IMG/VR virus record: IMGVR_UViG_3300045004_000084
Source of the DNA: a virus
Taxonomy: Duplodnaviria; Heunggongvirae; Uroviricota; Caudoviricetes
Length of the DNA stretch: 64,000 nucleotides
Strand: one strand, 5' to 3'
How positions within the stretch are numbered: the stretch's first letter is position 1; each line of letters begins with the position of its first letter. This document shows, in pieces, positions 28,328-37,685 of the stretch. A model generated the notes under the pieces. That model worked only from the letters and a program-made list of their open reading frames with translations. It ran no database searches and was not told the DNA's origin. The translations under genes were made by a program, and so were the position numbers.

Positions 28328-28960
28328 TCAGCTACAGGTCAGAACCCGAGTGTTGACGTCGTACGTCCAGAACTCGATTCGCTCCCGATGGCAGATGTCG
28401 CGACACCGATCGACGCCGGGCTTGCTCACCTCGCCAGTGACAAGAATCAGACACACCGGCTTCTTCGATGTCATGTGAGCGTAGTGCAAGACCTGCCCGA
28501 CGCACTCGGCCCACTTGTGAGCAAAGTCGATCTCGATCACGAATTCGTCGGTGACGATATCAACCCGGCAGCCGTCCTTGAGGACGTATTCGTCGGTAGC
28601 CGTGATTCCCTCGCGGTTCAGCAGGGCGACGATGTCGGCCTGGTATCCGCGCTCGGTCTTGTTGTCTGACGCGGCAGCGACAGCCTGCGGCGTCTCGCGG
28701 CGCTTCCTCAGCCGATCGAATAAGTCCTGCAACGGTCCCTTCCTTGGAGCCGGCTGATCGGGATCAATGGTGCCAGGCGGATCGGGGTCTTTCTTCGGCG
28801 GATCGAATGGAATCGTGGCCGGCGGCTCCTCCGACTCGACCGGCGGAGGAAGCGGGTCAGGCGCAGGCGGAGCCGGCAACGCATTGCCCTTTCGGCCCCT
28901 CCACCACTTCAACGCCAGAACCACAGCGACGGCGATTCCGGCCCAAATCAGTTCTTCCAT
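28328..28960 (-). CDS. Membrane-anchored protein: N-terminal TM helix, Pro-rich linker, C-terminal alpha/beta domain with a D...E.D pattern (possible nuclease-like fold)
   Basis: Track ORF 28328..29110 trimmed to MEELIWAGIAVAVVLAL..., because the upstream part overlaps the 79-aa gene and is Arg-rich junk. TM segment and PPAPDPLPPP linker present. Confidence 0.4.
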   Translation of the reverse strand: MEELIWAGIAVAVVLALKWWRGRKGNALPAPPAPDPLPPPVESEEPPATIPFDPPKKDPDPPGTIDPDQPAPRKGPLQDLFDRLRKRRETPQAVAAASDNKTERGYQADIVALLNREGITATDEYVLKDGCRVDIVTDEFVIEIDFAHKWAECVGQVLHYAHMTSKKPVCLILVTGEVSKPGVDRCRDICHRERIEFWTYDVNTRVLTCS

Positions 28961-28964
28961 GACT

Positions 28965-29204
28965 TCACTCAATTTGGAAATCACCGGCCTTGAGATCCAG
29001 TTTGGAGACCTTCGCCGGCTGGTAGTGACCCATCGACGCCAGAAGACGATTGAACTCCTTATCGGTCGCCTTGTAGACGACCAGCCGGTTCGGCGCTTCT
29101 TCAAGAACAATCATCAGCGGCTGTCCGAAGTTGTCCCGGACGATCAGCCGCGTGGCCTGTTCGAGCTTCGCGCCCGTCAGGCCGTTGTGGAAGTCAAGTT
29201 GCAT
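28965..29204 (-). CDS. Small protein (79 aa), unknown
   Basis: ORF with protein-like composition. Its start overlaps the upstream gene's stop. Confidence 0.35.
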   Translation of the reverse strand: MQLDFHNGLTGAKLEQATRLIVRDNFGQPLMIVLEEAPNRLVVYKATDKEFNRLLASMGHYQPAKVSKLDLKAGDFQIE

Positions 29205-30010
29205 CAGAGGTTCAGCTTTCGGTGGATCGCCAGCATCGCCGCTGCCTTCTCCGCAACCGACGCGGTCTTGGCTCCGCCGAGCGGCTGGATCGGAAGGATG
29301 GGCTTGATGCCGGTCGGGTTATTCGCCTTCTTGTCAGTGCCAGAGCTGCCGCCACCGGACCCCGACGAGGACGAGCCGCCGTCCTTCGAGTCCCCGCCCT
29401 CATCGCCTTCGGGCTTGGGCTCGTCGAGGATGTCGTACGGCAGCGGAACGCCGATCGCACTGTAGAGGTGCGTCATCAGCTTCTGGTTACGCTGCATGTA
29501 CTGCTGAAGTTGCTCGGGGTCGATCTTCCCCTTGCCCTTCGGCTTGGCGCCGGCCGAGCCGGCGCCGTTGCCCATTGCCTGTTGAATCTCCTCGCGGATA
29601 ATCGAGCGGATGTCACCGCCAGCGCCGGCCGCAGCCGGATCGGACGGAGGAGGCGGCGGCGCCCCGCCCATCGCAGCGGGGTCCATCGGAGGAGCGCCGC
29701 CACCTGCAGCGGCCATCATGGCCGGGTCCATCGGAGGAGCGCCGCCACCTGCAGCGGCCATCGGATCGCCGCCCGGCGGAGCCCCACCCATCGCAGCCGG
29801 GTCCATCGGAGGAGCGCCGCCTGCAGCAGCCATCGGGTCGCCGCCCGGCGGAGCCCCCGGAGGAGCGCCGCCGCCCGGCGGAGCACCGGGCGGGACAAAC
29901 GCGATTTTGACGTGCTTGACGGCCGCCTTCGCCGCCTTGAAAAGCTCTCGGTTCAGTGGCATGTGAACGTCCTTGTCGTGTATGACCGCTCCGCGCGGCC
30001 GTGGGTTCAA
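29204..30010 (-). CDS. Low-complexity repeat protein with 'GGAPPMDPAAMGGAPPGGDPMAAAGG' units, a Lys-rich segment and a Gly/Ser-rich segment
   Basis: Approximately 60-bp imperfect DNA tandem repeats (about 29600-29900). ATGA overlap with the upstream gene. Confidence 0.4.
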   Translation of the reverse strand: MNPRPRGAVIHDKDVHMPLNRELFKAAKAAVKHVKIAFVPPGAPPGGGAPPGAPPGGDPMAAAGGAPPMDPAAMGGAPPGGDPMAAAGGGAPPMDPAMMAAAGGGAPPMDPAAMGGAPPPPPSDPAAAGAGGDIRSIIREEIQQAMGNGAGSAGAKPKGKGKIDPEQLQQYMQRNQKLMTHLYSAIGVPLPYDILDEPKPEGDEGGDSKDGGSSSSGSGGGSSGTDKKANNPTGIKPILPIQPLGGAKTASVAEKAAAMLAIHRKLNL

Positions 30011-31533
30011 GAGGACAGCAGCCGAGCCAGTTTGTTCACGGAGGCCATCTTCGAGCGGGCCTTTTCTTCGGCCTTCATCCGCTGCCTGATCTCGGTCGCC
30101 TCGCGGTCCTTCTGGCGGGGGTGAGTACCCATTATCAGGCGAGCGCCGCCCAGACCAAGGCCGCCGCCCAGAACGGCACCAAGCAGCGCGCCCTTGCCGC
30201 CGCCAACTTCGTTGCCGATCAGGCCGCCGACCCCAGCGCCAAGGCCCAGGCCGCCGCCATACAGGGCGCCGCGACCGGCACCCTGCGTGCCGTACACCGA
30301 CGGACTGCGGGCGGCACCGAGAGCCGCCCCGCCGAGAGTCAGAATCGGTACGAGACTGCCGGCCCGGGCCGGAGCGATTGCGCGGATTTTGCCCGCCATT
30401 GCCGCACCAGGGTCGTAGCCGAGCGGACGTTCGGTGGCAATTTTTACCAAGTCGATCACGGCGGCCTCCTTGTCGGTTTCCTTTTTGTCTTTCTTGTCCT
30501 TCTTGTAGTCATTGTTACCGGTCGAAGGAGTCGACTTCTCGTTCGCCTTTTGGGCGGCGTACTCCCGCTCACGAACACCGGCCCGGGCGATCCCCATCGC
30601 TTTACCCGCCACCAGGCCGGTAAGCGCCATAGGGTTGGCTCCGAGAAGAGGGGGGACCAATCCTCCGACGTAGCTGCCGTAGCCGGCCGGAAGGACGCGG
30701 TCGCGGCGGACGAGGATGTTGTGCAGATCGTCCGGCTTGTCCTTCAAGCCCTGGTCGAGCGCTGATCGGCTTTTGAGATTGGCCTGACCTTCGTGGAACA
30801 GCCTGAGCGGGGGAACGAAGGTGTAGAGCGCGTCGTACCCGTCGCGGGTCAGTTTGCCCACCAGACCGGGGTTCTTGCCGCTCTGATCGTTGAAGTCGAT
30901 CGCGTGACCCAGCTCGTGGGTCGTCACCGCCGGCTCGTCGCCGTATATCGAGGCCGCATCCGCCGCCGGATTGTAGTGGCTCGACCGAGTCAGGTTCGTC
31001 AGCAAAGACGAAGGGATCGCCCCCACCATGCCGAATCCCTTGCCCAACAGCGACGTTCGGGGGTTCTGCATGATCCGGCCGCCGATCCGGTTGTACCACC
31101 GGCCGGGGTCTTGATCGCCGTGACGCTTCTTCCACAGCATGTCGTCGATAAGGTCGGTGCCCTCAAGACGCACGACAGTATCGTTGAGTTGATCGGGAGC
31201 CGCCGCCTCCATTGCCTTCGCGATCGCCTGGTGCTTCTCCGGTCGATCTTTAGCAGAAGCGTTGTGGTAAGCCCGTCCCGTCAAAATCAGATTCAACAAA
31301 TTTCTCGGGTACAACCTGCCCAGAGTCAGCGATGTGAGGCGGCTCGGCAGCCCGCCCGGCACGACCTCGACCGCGAGCTTTTCCTGATCGTTGAGTCCCA
31401 CGGCGACCTCCTTGCTCTTCTTCTTGGCTTTCTCCGGCAGCTTCGAGAAGTCCGTCTCGGCCGCCCACTCCTTCGCCATCTCGGGTTTGTTGGCGAACAT
31501 CCACCGCTGTTGGGATCGTGACTTGAATGGCAT
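30007..31533 (-). CDS. Putative zinc metallopeptidase (HExxH: 'THELGHAIDF') with a Lys-rich linker and a C-terminal glycine-zipper/amphipathic tail. Probable virion-associated enzyme
   Basis: HELGH motif. C-terminal GGGLGLGAGVGGLIGNEVGGGKGALLGAVLGGGLGLGG. Confidence 0.5.
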   Translation of the reverse strand: MPFKSRSQQRWMFANKPEMAKEWAAETDFSKLPEKAKKKSKEVAVGLNDQEKLAVEVVPGGLPSRLTSLTLGRLYPRNLLNLILTGRAYHNASAKDRPEKHQAIAKAMEAAAPDQLNDTVVRLEGTDLIDDMLWKKRHGDQDPGRWYNRIGGRIMQNPRTSLLGKGFGMVGAIPSSLLTNLTRSSHYNPAADAASIYGDEPAVTTHELGHAIDFNDQSGKNPGLVGKLTRDGYDALYTFVPPLRLFHEGQANLKSRSALDQGLKDKPDDLHNILVRRDRVLPAGYGSYVGGLVPPLLGANPMALTGLVAGKAMGIARAGVREREYAAQKANEKSTPSTGNNDYKKDKKDKKETDKEAAVIDLVKIATERPLGYDPGAAMAGKIRAIAPARAGSLVPILTLGGAALGAARSPSVYGTQGAGRGALYGGGLGLGAGVGGLIGNEVGGGKGALLGAVLGGGLGLGGARLIMGTHPRQKDREATEIRQRMKAEEKARSKMASVNKLARLLSS

Positions 31534-31575
31534 GGATGTACTCCAACAGTGTAACCGATCCCTAATTGAGGGTCA

Positions 31576-32181
31576 CTACCTTCTGGTCTGGTGTGGACAC
31601 ACGCCGTACCGGCTTTTGGCGATGTTGCAGTTGGCGCACAACACTTGGAAGCCTTCCGGGTACCCTCTGGCTCGGAGCCACTTGTACAGGTAGTTGGACC
31701 CCGCCATCCGACGGCGCAGTCCGCCCGACCCGTCGATGTGGTCGATCTGAAGGAACTCGGGTGTCGATTCACCACAGCACGCACATGCGTATCCGCCGTA
31801 CGCCGCGAAAACCTCGTCGCGCAACTTGCGGTAGTTCCGGCGACCGGCTTCGAGGCACTTCGCGCAGCTCTTTTTGCCGAGTTCCGGTCGGTCGCCGCAC
31901 CGTACGCAAAGGCCGTCACTTCTCGTACGATTCGCTCGTTTGCGGTTGTAGTTGCGGTGGTATAGGTAACAGCCCTCACAGGTGGTGGCTCCGGCCCGTG
32001 GCGGCTTGCCGCAGGCGCAGACCGTATCGTTCCTCTTCGACTTCCGGTTGGCCTGCTGCCACGCCAGGTACTTCTCGTGGCACGGTTGGCAGCGGACTCG
32101 ATCCGGAGCAGCCGGCTGGCGGCCGCACACCACGCACAGACCTTTTTCTTTTCGGCTCCTGTACTGCTCCTGTACGCCCAT
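31576..32181 (-). CDS. HNH endonuclease (homing-endonuclease type) with N-terminal multi-CxxC zinc ribbons
   Basis: 'LQIDHIDGSGG...LCANCNIAKS' is a His-Asn-His core. Six or more CxxC pairs lie upstream. The gene begins 4 nt after the stop of the RNAP beta-beta'N gene. Confidence 0.85.
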   Translation of the reverse strand: MGVQEQYRSRKEKGLCVVCGRQPAAPDRVRCQPCHEKYLAWQQANRKSKRNDTVCACGKPPRAGATTCEGCYLYHRNYNRKRANRTRSDGLCVRCGDRPELGKKSCAKCLEAGRRNYRKLRDEVFAAYGGYACACCGESTPEFLQIDHIDGSGGLRRRMAGSNYLYKWLRARGYPEGFQVLCANCNIAKSRYGVCPHQTRR

Positions 32182-32185
32182 GACG

Positions 32186-35100
32186 TCACCCCAGAATAAC
32201 GACGTTGCTAGACGGCTTGATTCGCCCCTGACGCAGAGCCCGAATCATGTCGGCCTTCGTCTGGAAGTAGTGCGGCGAGCCGTTGTCTTTGGACGCAGTC
32301 GACTCGTATAGACCTCCAAGATACTCATTTTGTGGCATCATGTGTACACGAAAATTCTTGACCGCCAGCAGGTTGCGCGACGGCAGCATCTTCTCCATCG
32401 CGTCGCGGACGGCGGCGTCGCTGGCCGGGACGTGGTAGTTCATGGCGTCGCCGTCGAAGTCGGCGGCGAACCCCTTCACGATCAGCGGCGGCACCTGCAG
32501 CGTCTCGCCCTTCACCAGCCGGGGTTTGAACGCCATCGTCCCGTACCGGTGGAGCACCGGCGCCCGCGTCAGAATCACCGGCCGTTCGTCCATCTCGTCC
32601 TGCAGGGCGGTCAGCGCCATCTTCTCGTTGTTCTTGACCATCTCGGCGGCCCGCAGCGGGGGGACGCCCCGGCGGGCCAGGCGGCGGATGACGAACGGCT
32701 TGTAGATCTCCCACGCCTTCGACTCCGGCAGCCCGACCTGGTCCATGTCGAGCTCCGGGTTGGGCGTGATGACGGCCCGGCCGACCGTGTCGACGGTCGA
32801 CCCCAGGAGCTTGCGCTGGACGACGCCGAACTTCGGGTTGTCGCCGAAGACGTACTTCAGCACGCCCTTGACCTTCCGCTCGACGTGCTTCGGATTCGTC
32901 GGATCGCCAAGGCCGGTAACTGCCTTGAACGACTTGTACAGATTGAGCCGCTCCTGACCGACGTCGTCGACCATCTGGCTCATGTCCTTCAGGGCCTGGT
33001 TCGACTCGAACAGATCCTTGTACAGGTAGTTCGGGTCGGACACCATCGGTCGTCCCGACGAGCCCATGACCGACACCGGCCGGAACGCCGGCGGCAGCAC
33101 CGGAACTTTGTTCATGACCCAGTCGCCTGGGTGTATGCCAAGGCGCTGGGCGTGCCGGAGTAGAGCCAGCTTGCGGATCGCCTGGTCTCTGCTAGACCGC
33201 TTGCCGCTCCGAAACTCCGCCTCAGCCGCGTCGATTCCCTTCTGCACGTCGATCCGCTTCAAGGCTGACGCGATCGCAGGCGGCCCCTTCATGCCGTTGA
33301 GCTCGGCCTTGCCGATCATCACCTCCTCGAACTTCTTCTCCGTCAGACCGAGGACGCGCCGAATCGGTTCCTCCATGATCGGATTGGGCATGGGCTCGTG
33401 GAGACGTATGAAAGACCAACGGTTGCCGCCGTGGCCGCCCGTCAGCGTGTTGTCGAACAGCCCGCCGGCAACAGGCTTGAGGCCATCCTTCCAGTCCACC
33501 GTCTCGGCGTTCGTGACCTCGCGACCGGCCGCCATCTGGTCGATGTCGCGGTCGGTCAGAGCCATGACCTGGGTCTTCGACCCGCGAGCCACCGGGTTGA
33601 TTCCGGCCGATTGTAGTTGCGCCAAGAATTTTCGGTAAACGAGGGGAACCTTCGGTTCCGGCGGCGTCTTGCCGGCCATGAACGCGGCCCAGAAATCCTG
33701 GTTCTTCTGCCCCCGAATGGACCCGGCGTCGTGCAGAACGCCGTGAGCGCCGTGGCTCAGCAAAGCGTTGATGTCCATGAGCGAGATCCGCTTGGAGCCG
33801 GTTTCGCCGCCCTTCGCCGGGGTCTCTTCGTTCGTGTATCCGCCGAGGCCACGCCCTTGCCCCTTCGACTCGGACGTGTGGTGCAACTTCATGAAGAAGC
33901 GGTTCCCGGTGAACACCTGGGAAATCTTCCGCTGGGTAGTCGGATCCTCCACGTCCTCGGTGTCCGGGATGCCATGGCGACCGAGTTCGGCGATAGCCAT
34001 CTCGACCATGTCGTCGATGTTGTCGAAGTCCTTGATGGCGTACCGCCGCCCCGTCCGCTCGGCGATCTTGCCGAGGGCGGCCTCAACCATCTGACCGGGG
34101 TTGGTACGGGTGATAATGCCGAGCGGATTCGCCAGAACCTCGTACGGCTTGCCGTCACCGTCCCTGGGCATCTCCTCGTCGGGAATGATGTGAGCGATGA
34201 CGCCCTTATCGCCGTAGCGGCCGGACAATTTGTCGCCGACCTTCATCTCGGACAACGACTTCACGGTGACGACTACACCCTTGTCCGTCTTCTCGACGTC
34301 TGTTACGACGCCCGGATCGTGGTGGTCCCAGGTCAGGGTCGAATCACTGAACATGGCCTCCTTGCCACGGACGATCTGGTTGTGAGCGCGGTCCTTGGCC
34401 TTGGCCTGGAGAACGAGTGGATGACCCTCTTCGACGCGAGTCCCGGGAGCGACGATTCCGTCACTGTCCAAAGTGTCGAGCATCTTGCGGTCGAACTTGG
34501 TCGGGAACAGAGACAGGAACGTCTTCTTACCTCTCTTGGTGTTATCCTCCCACTCCGTATCGTGCTGGTACATGTGCTCGCTGGAAAGCCGCTTGGCGGC
34601 CGCCTGCGAGATCACGATTGCGTCCTCGAAGTTCAGGCCCTTATACGGCAGGTAAGCCACCCGCATGTTCAGGCCCAGAGCGGTCGCCCCCTTGTCGTCG
34701 GTGTAGTTCGACTTGGCGAGTAAGTCGCCCTTCTTCACCATGTCACCGACGCCCACAACCGGAGTGTTGTGCAAAAACGTCTTGCGATTGAACGGCAAGT
34801 TGTTGTGCAGCTCGTGGACCTGAACCTTACCGTCTGGACCCTTGACGTGAACCTCGTCCGGCGAGACGTGAACCACCTGCCCCTCGACGTCCGAGTGGGC
34901 GGCGCCCATGTACTTGCCGTACTCCTCCTCAAACGAGCGGTCGTCGTGGTCGGGTATGCCGGCCTGGACGAACGGCGCCTGCGGATTCGCCAGCGGCAGC
35001 GCCTGAGTGAGCATCCGCGCACCCATCATCACCCGCTGGCCCTTGATGGTGCTCTTCAACGGGATCATGTTGGCGAGCGGGTTGAAGGCCGACTCCATGT

Positions 35101-36649
35101 TCGGCATCGTCAGGTCGACCTTGTCGCGCGGAACATACTTCAGCTTCCCGCCCTGTAGGGCCGCGACCATCGTCTTCTTCTGGTCGCGGAGTTCGCCGGG
35201 AAAGGCGATGGTCATGTCGGCCACGTCCTGAGGAGTCTTCCACACCTTGTCGCCGGACTTCGGGTCGAGGAACTGGCTGTACACCTTTCCGTCGGTACCC
35301 TTGCGGGCGTTGAACGCCAGCCTGGAGTCGACGCCGACCTTGAAGCTCTCGGGGGTTAAGAGCGGGTCGACGTACCCGAAGTGAGAAGGCTGGACGTTGC
35401 GCGCCTCTTCCGGCACCGAGTCGATGCTGGGGATGCCGCCCTCACCGAGTCGAGATACGCGGGTGATCTGACTGAGCAAGTCCGCCGGGTTCACCTCCTC
35501 GAGCGGTTGACCCAGGCCCGACGCAGTAATCGCCGCCTTGACGTGCTTGTCGAGGAAGTTGGCCCCGAGCGGACTCAGATTCTGCTTGAACGTGGCCTTC
35601 CACAACAGCGGCCGTAGAGCCTTATGGGCGTTGCGCAGCCTCTCCGCAAACAGGTCCTCCGGTCCGAGCAAGTTCTGATACGCAAGTGCGTCGCGGTCGT
35701 CGGGCTCCTGCTCGCCCTTGTGAACAGCCAGAATACGTTTCGTCGAAGACAGTATCGAGTCCACGGACAATCGGTCGAACCCCGTGCCGAGGGTGCGCTT
35801 CGTAACCTCCGGGTCGAGGTGCATATCGCCGAGCACTTTCGCCAGGGCAGCCCGACGGTTGTCAGGAGTGTCAGGTCCGTCGGTGTTCTTGATGAGACGC
35901 TTAACCAACTTGTCGACCACTCGAGGGTCGTCGCTCTTGAGGTTGGCCCCGAGCACGTCGTCGCCCCACGCCTCGCGGAGCTGCATCTCGGTGGCGCCCA
36001 TCGCACGCAGCACCGGCAACAACGGAAGCTGCGCCTGACCGAAACCGATCTTGAACGTGCTCTTCTCGGGGTCGAGCGTGTACCGGTGGCTGACCCCCTT
36101 GCCCGGAAGGATATTAACGTGACTCTCGACCTCGCCGTTGTGCTTGTGGCGAGTGAAAATGCCCGGCCTCAGCCGCATCTGGTTGGCGAGCGTGTATTCG
36201 GTGCCGTTGAGTACGAACGTGCCGCCGTCGGTCATCACCGGGACAGTGGCAAGAGTCGTCTTTCGCTCGTCGATGGTCGCCCCGGTGGCGTTGTCCACGA
36301 GCCGCCAGGTGCCACGCAGTCGTCGGCCCAAGGTTTCGCCGCGAAGAATGGCCCGCTTGCGGTCCTTCTTCTTGACGTCCTCGGGATCGGCCCAATCGAC
36401 GTCGGATAGCTGAAGAGTGTGACGTGTGTTCTGGACAGGTTGTATACCACGAGCAGCGTTGAGCACGCCGTCGTAAATCGACCGACGCATGGCAGGAACG
36501 TCGGCGAAGTCGCGCATAGCAGGGCCGGCGGTGGCGGGTTGAATCGCCACCGCCGGCGTGGGCGCCGGTGCCTGAGTGGAATTTATTGTAACCGGCGTGG
36601 GTGGCTTCGGCAACACCCCGGCCGGTGAGTCGTCGAGGACTCCGGCCAT
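32186..36649 (-). CDS. Fused multisubunit RNA polymerase beta - beta' N-terminal polypeptide (1487 aa): a complete-looking beta subunit followed directly by the beta' region up to and about 90 aa past the catalytic NADFDGD loop
   Basis: Beta motifs: 'GRYGDKGVIAHIIPDEEMPRDGDGKPYEVLANPLGIITRTNPGQ' aligns to 'RHGNKGVISKI..DMP...[21 protein letters not shown]', and 'RISLMDINALLSHGAHGVLHD' aligns to 'GEMEVWALEAYGAA'. Beta' motifs: 'RAPVLHRYGTMAFKPRLV' and 'GFAADFDGDAMNYHVP' align to 'NADFDGDQMAVHVP'. Confidence 0.9.
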   Translation of the reverse strand: MAGVLDDSPAGVLPKPPTPVTINSTQAPAPTPAVAIQPATAGPAMRDFADVPAMRRSIYDGVLNAARGIQPVQNTRHTLQLSDVDWADPEDVKKKDRKRAILRGETLGRRLRGTWRLVDNATGATIDERKTTLATVPVMTDGGTFVLNGTEYTLANQMRLRPGIFTRHKHNGEVESHVNILPGKGVSHRYTLDPEKSTFKIGFGQAQLPLLPVLRAMGATEMQLREAWGDDVLGANLKSDDPRVVDKLVKRLIKNTDGPDTPDNRRAALAKVLGDMHLDPEVTKRTLGTGFDRLSVDSILSSTKRILAVHKGEQEPDDRDALAYQNLLGPEDLFAERLRNAHKALRPLLWKATFKQNLSPLGANFLDKHVKAAITASGLGQPLEEVNPADLLSQITRVSRLGEGGIPSIDSVPEEARNVQPSHFGYVDPLLTPESFKVGVDSRLAFNARKGTDGKVYSQFLDPKSGDKVWKTPQDVADMTIAFPGELRDQKKTMVAALQGGKLKYVPRDKVDLTMPNMESAFNPLANMIPLKSTIKGQRVMMGARMLTQALPLANPQAPFVQAGIPDHDDRSFEEEYGKYMGAAHSDVEGQVVHVSPDEVHVKGPDGKVQVHELHNNLPFNRKTFLHNTPVVGVGDMVKKGDLLAKSNYTDDKGATALGLNMRVAYLPYKGLNFEDAIVISQAAAKRLSSEHMYQHDTEWEDNTKRGKKTFLSLFPTKFDRKMLDTLDSDGIVAPGTRVEEGHPLVLQAKAKDRAHNQIVRGKEAMFSDSTLTWDHHDPGVVTDVEKTDKGVVVTVKSLSEMKVGDKLSGRYGDKGVIAHIIPDEEMPRDGDGKPYEVLANPLGIITRTNPGQMVEAALGKIAERTGRRYAIKDFDNIDDMVEMAIAELGRHGIPDTEDVEDPTTQRKISQVFTGNRFFMKLHHTSESKGQGRGLGGYTNEETPAKGGETGSKRISLMDINALLSHGAHGVLHDAGSIRGQKNQDFWAAFMAGKTPPEPKVPLVYRKFLAQLQSAGINPVARGSKTQVMALTDRDIDQMAAGREVTNAETVDWKDGLKPVAGGLFDNTLTGGHGGNRWSFIRLHEPMPNPIMEEPIRRVLGLTEKKFEEVMIGKAELNGMKGPPAIASALKRIDVQKGIDAAEAEFRSGKRSSRDQAIRKLALLRHAQRLGIHPGDWVMNKVPVLPPAFRPVSVMGSSGRPMVSDPNYLYKDLFESNQALKDMSQMVDDVGQERLNLYKSFKAVTGLGDPTNPKHVERKVKGVLKYVFGDNPKFGVVQRKLLGSTVDTVGRAVITPNPELDMDQVGLPESKAWEIYKPFVIRRLARRGVPPLRAAEMVKNNEKMALTALQDEMDERPVILTRAPVLHRYGTMAFKPRLVKGETLQVPPLIVKGFAADFDGDAMNYHVPASDAAVRDAMEKMLPSRNLLAVKNFRVHMMPQNEYLGGLYESTASKDNGSPHYFQTKADMIRALRQGRIKPSSNVVILG

Positions 36650-36653
36650 GTGC

Positions 36654-37682
36654 TCACCCCTTGATGTCTACCTCGTCGCCGCGTCGAACCACCGGTGTCG
36701 GCACCGCGAAGATCTCCGGCGTACGAGTCGCCCATCGCTCCCGCGACCGCTTCTTCACCAGGTCGGCGAGGACTTTGTTCGGATCCGTCTTGGAGAAGTA
36801 CTGATTAGCCAGGTATCCGCTGCCAAGTGCCAGGCCGCCGGCCAGGGCGGCGTACAGACCCAGGGCACTGCCGCCGACCGAACTGGCGGTCTGCTGTGCT
36901 TTGAAAGTCGGAAACAGGCCATCGACCCTTTTCCCGATGGTGTCGGTCCAGGTTTCCTCGCCGAGCTTGGTCATGAGCGTCGCCAGCTCATGCAGATCGC
37001 GGGCCAAGAGGCTGGCTGCCGAGCCGCGCTTGACCAGCGAAATCTGCTTCGGGTCGTACATATCGACCAGGGCCTCCTGGTACTCCCGCTTGGCGTCGTC
37101 CAGTTCCCCCTTGAGATCGGCCTTTCGCTTCTTGTTCAAAATCCAGTCCATGATCTTGTATCCGCCGATGCTTCCGCCGACTGTCGCCGCTCCGACTGCC
37201 GGGATGTACCACGGCATCTGCGTCTTGCCGAGTTCCGACGTCGGGCTGGCACCGTGACCTGCAAGCCATCCGCCGTCTTCCGGGTTGAACGGGTTCTTGT
37301 ACATGCCCAACATCGAGCCGATCGGGTGCAGCTTCTGGGCCGACTTGATCTGCGTCCCTGCCGCCCCCCGTATTGTCTGGTCCTTTTTCTTCTTCCGAAT
37401 GCCGGCGTCGGAGTCAGTGTCAAACACCGGGCGCGGCACCTCTAGCAGCGCCGGACTTTGATCGGCCAGCAGGGCCGGCTTGCCCCGTCCGAACATGGTG
37501 CCGGCACCTTGCAAACCGCGCACGCCGATACCCAACGCCCCGGCCAAAAGCAGCGCACGACTGACGTCACCTATCCCTTGCGAGATCATCTCGTTGCGGG
37601 CATTGACGGTGATCGGGTCGTTGTCAAGTTCCGACCGCTTCACGAACTGGTCTTGGATGGCTTTGGTAATCGGGCTTCGCAT
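36654..37682 (-). CDS. Glycine-zipper virion protein (342 aa), unknown
   Basis: GAATVGGSIGG and ALGLYAALAGGLALGSG motifs. Follows the RNAP gene with a 4-nt gap. Confidence 0.45.
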   Translation of the reverse strand: MRSPITKAIQDQFVKRSELDNDPITVNARNEMISQGIGDVSRALLLAGALGIGVRGLQGAGTMFGRGKPALLADQSPALLEVPRPVFDTDSDAGIRKKKKDQTIRGAAGTQIKSAQKLHPIGSMLGMYKNPFNPEDGGWLAGHGASPTSELGKTQMPWYIPAVGAATVGGSIGGYKIMDWILNKKRKADLKGELDDAKREYQEALVDMYDPKQISLVKRGSAASLLARDLHELATLMTKLGEETWTDTIGKRVDGLFPTFKAQQTASSVGGSALGLYAALAGGLALGSGYLANQYFSKTDPNKVLADLVKKRSRERWATRTPEIFAVPTPVVRRGDEVDIKG

Positions 37683-37685
37683 GAA

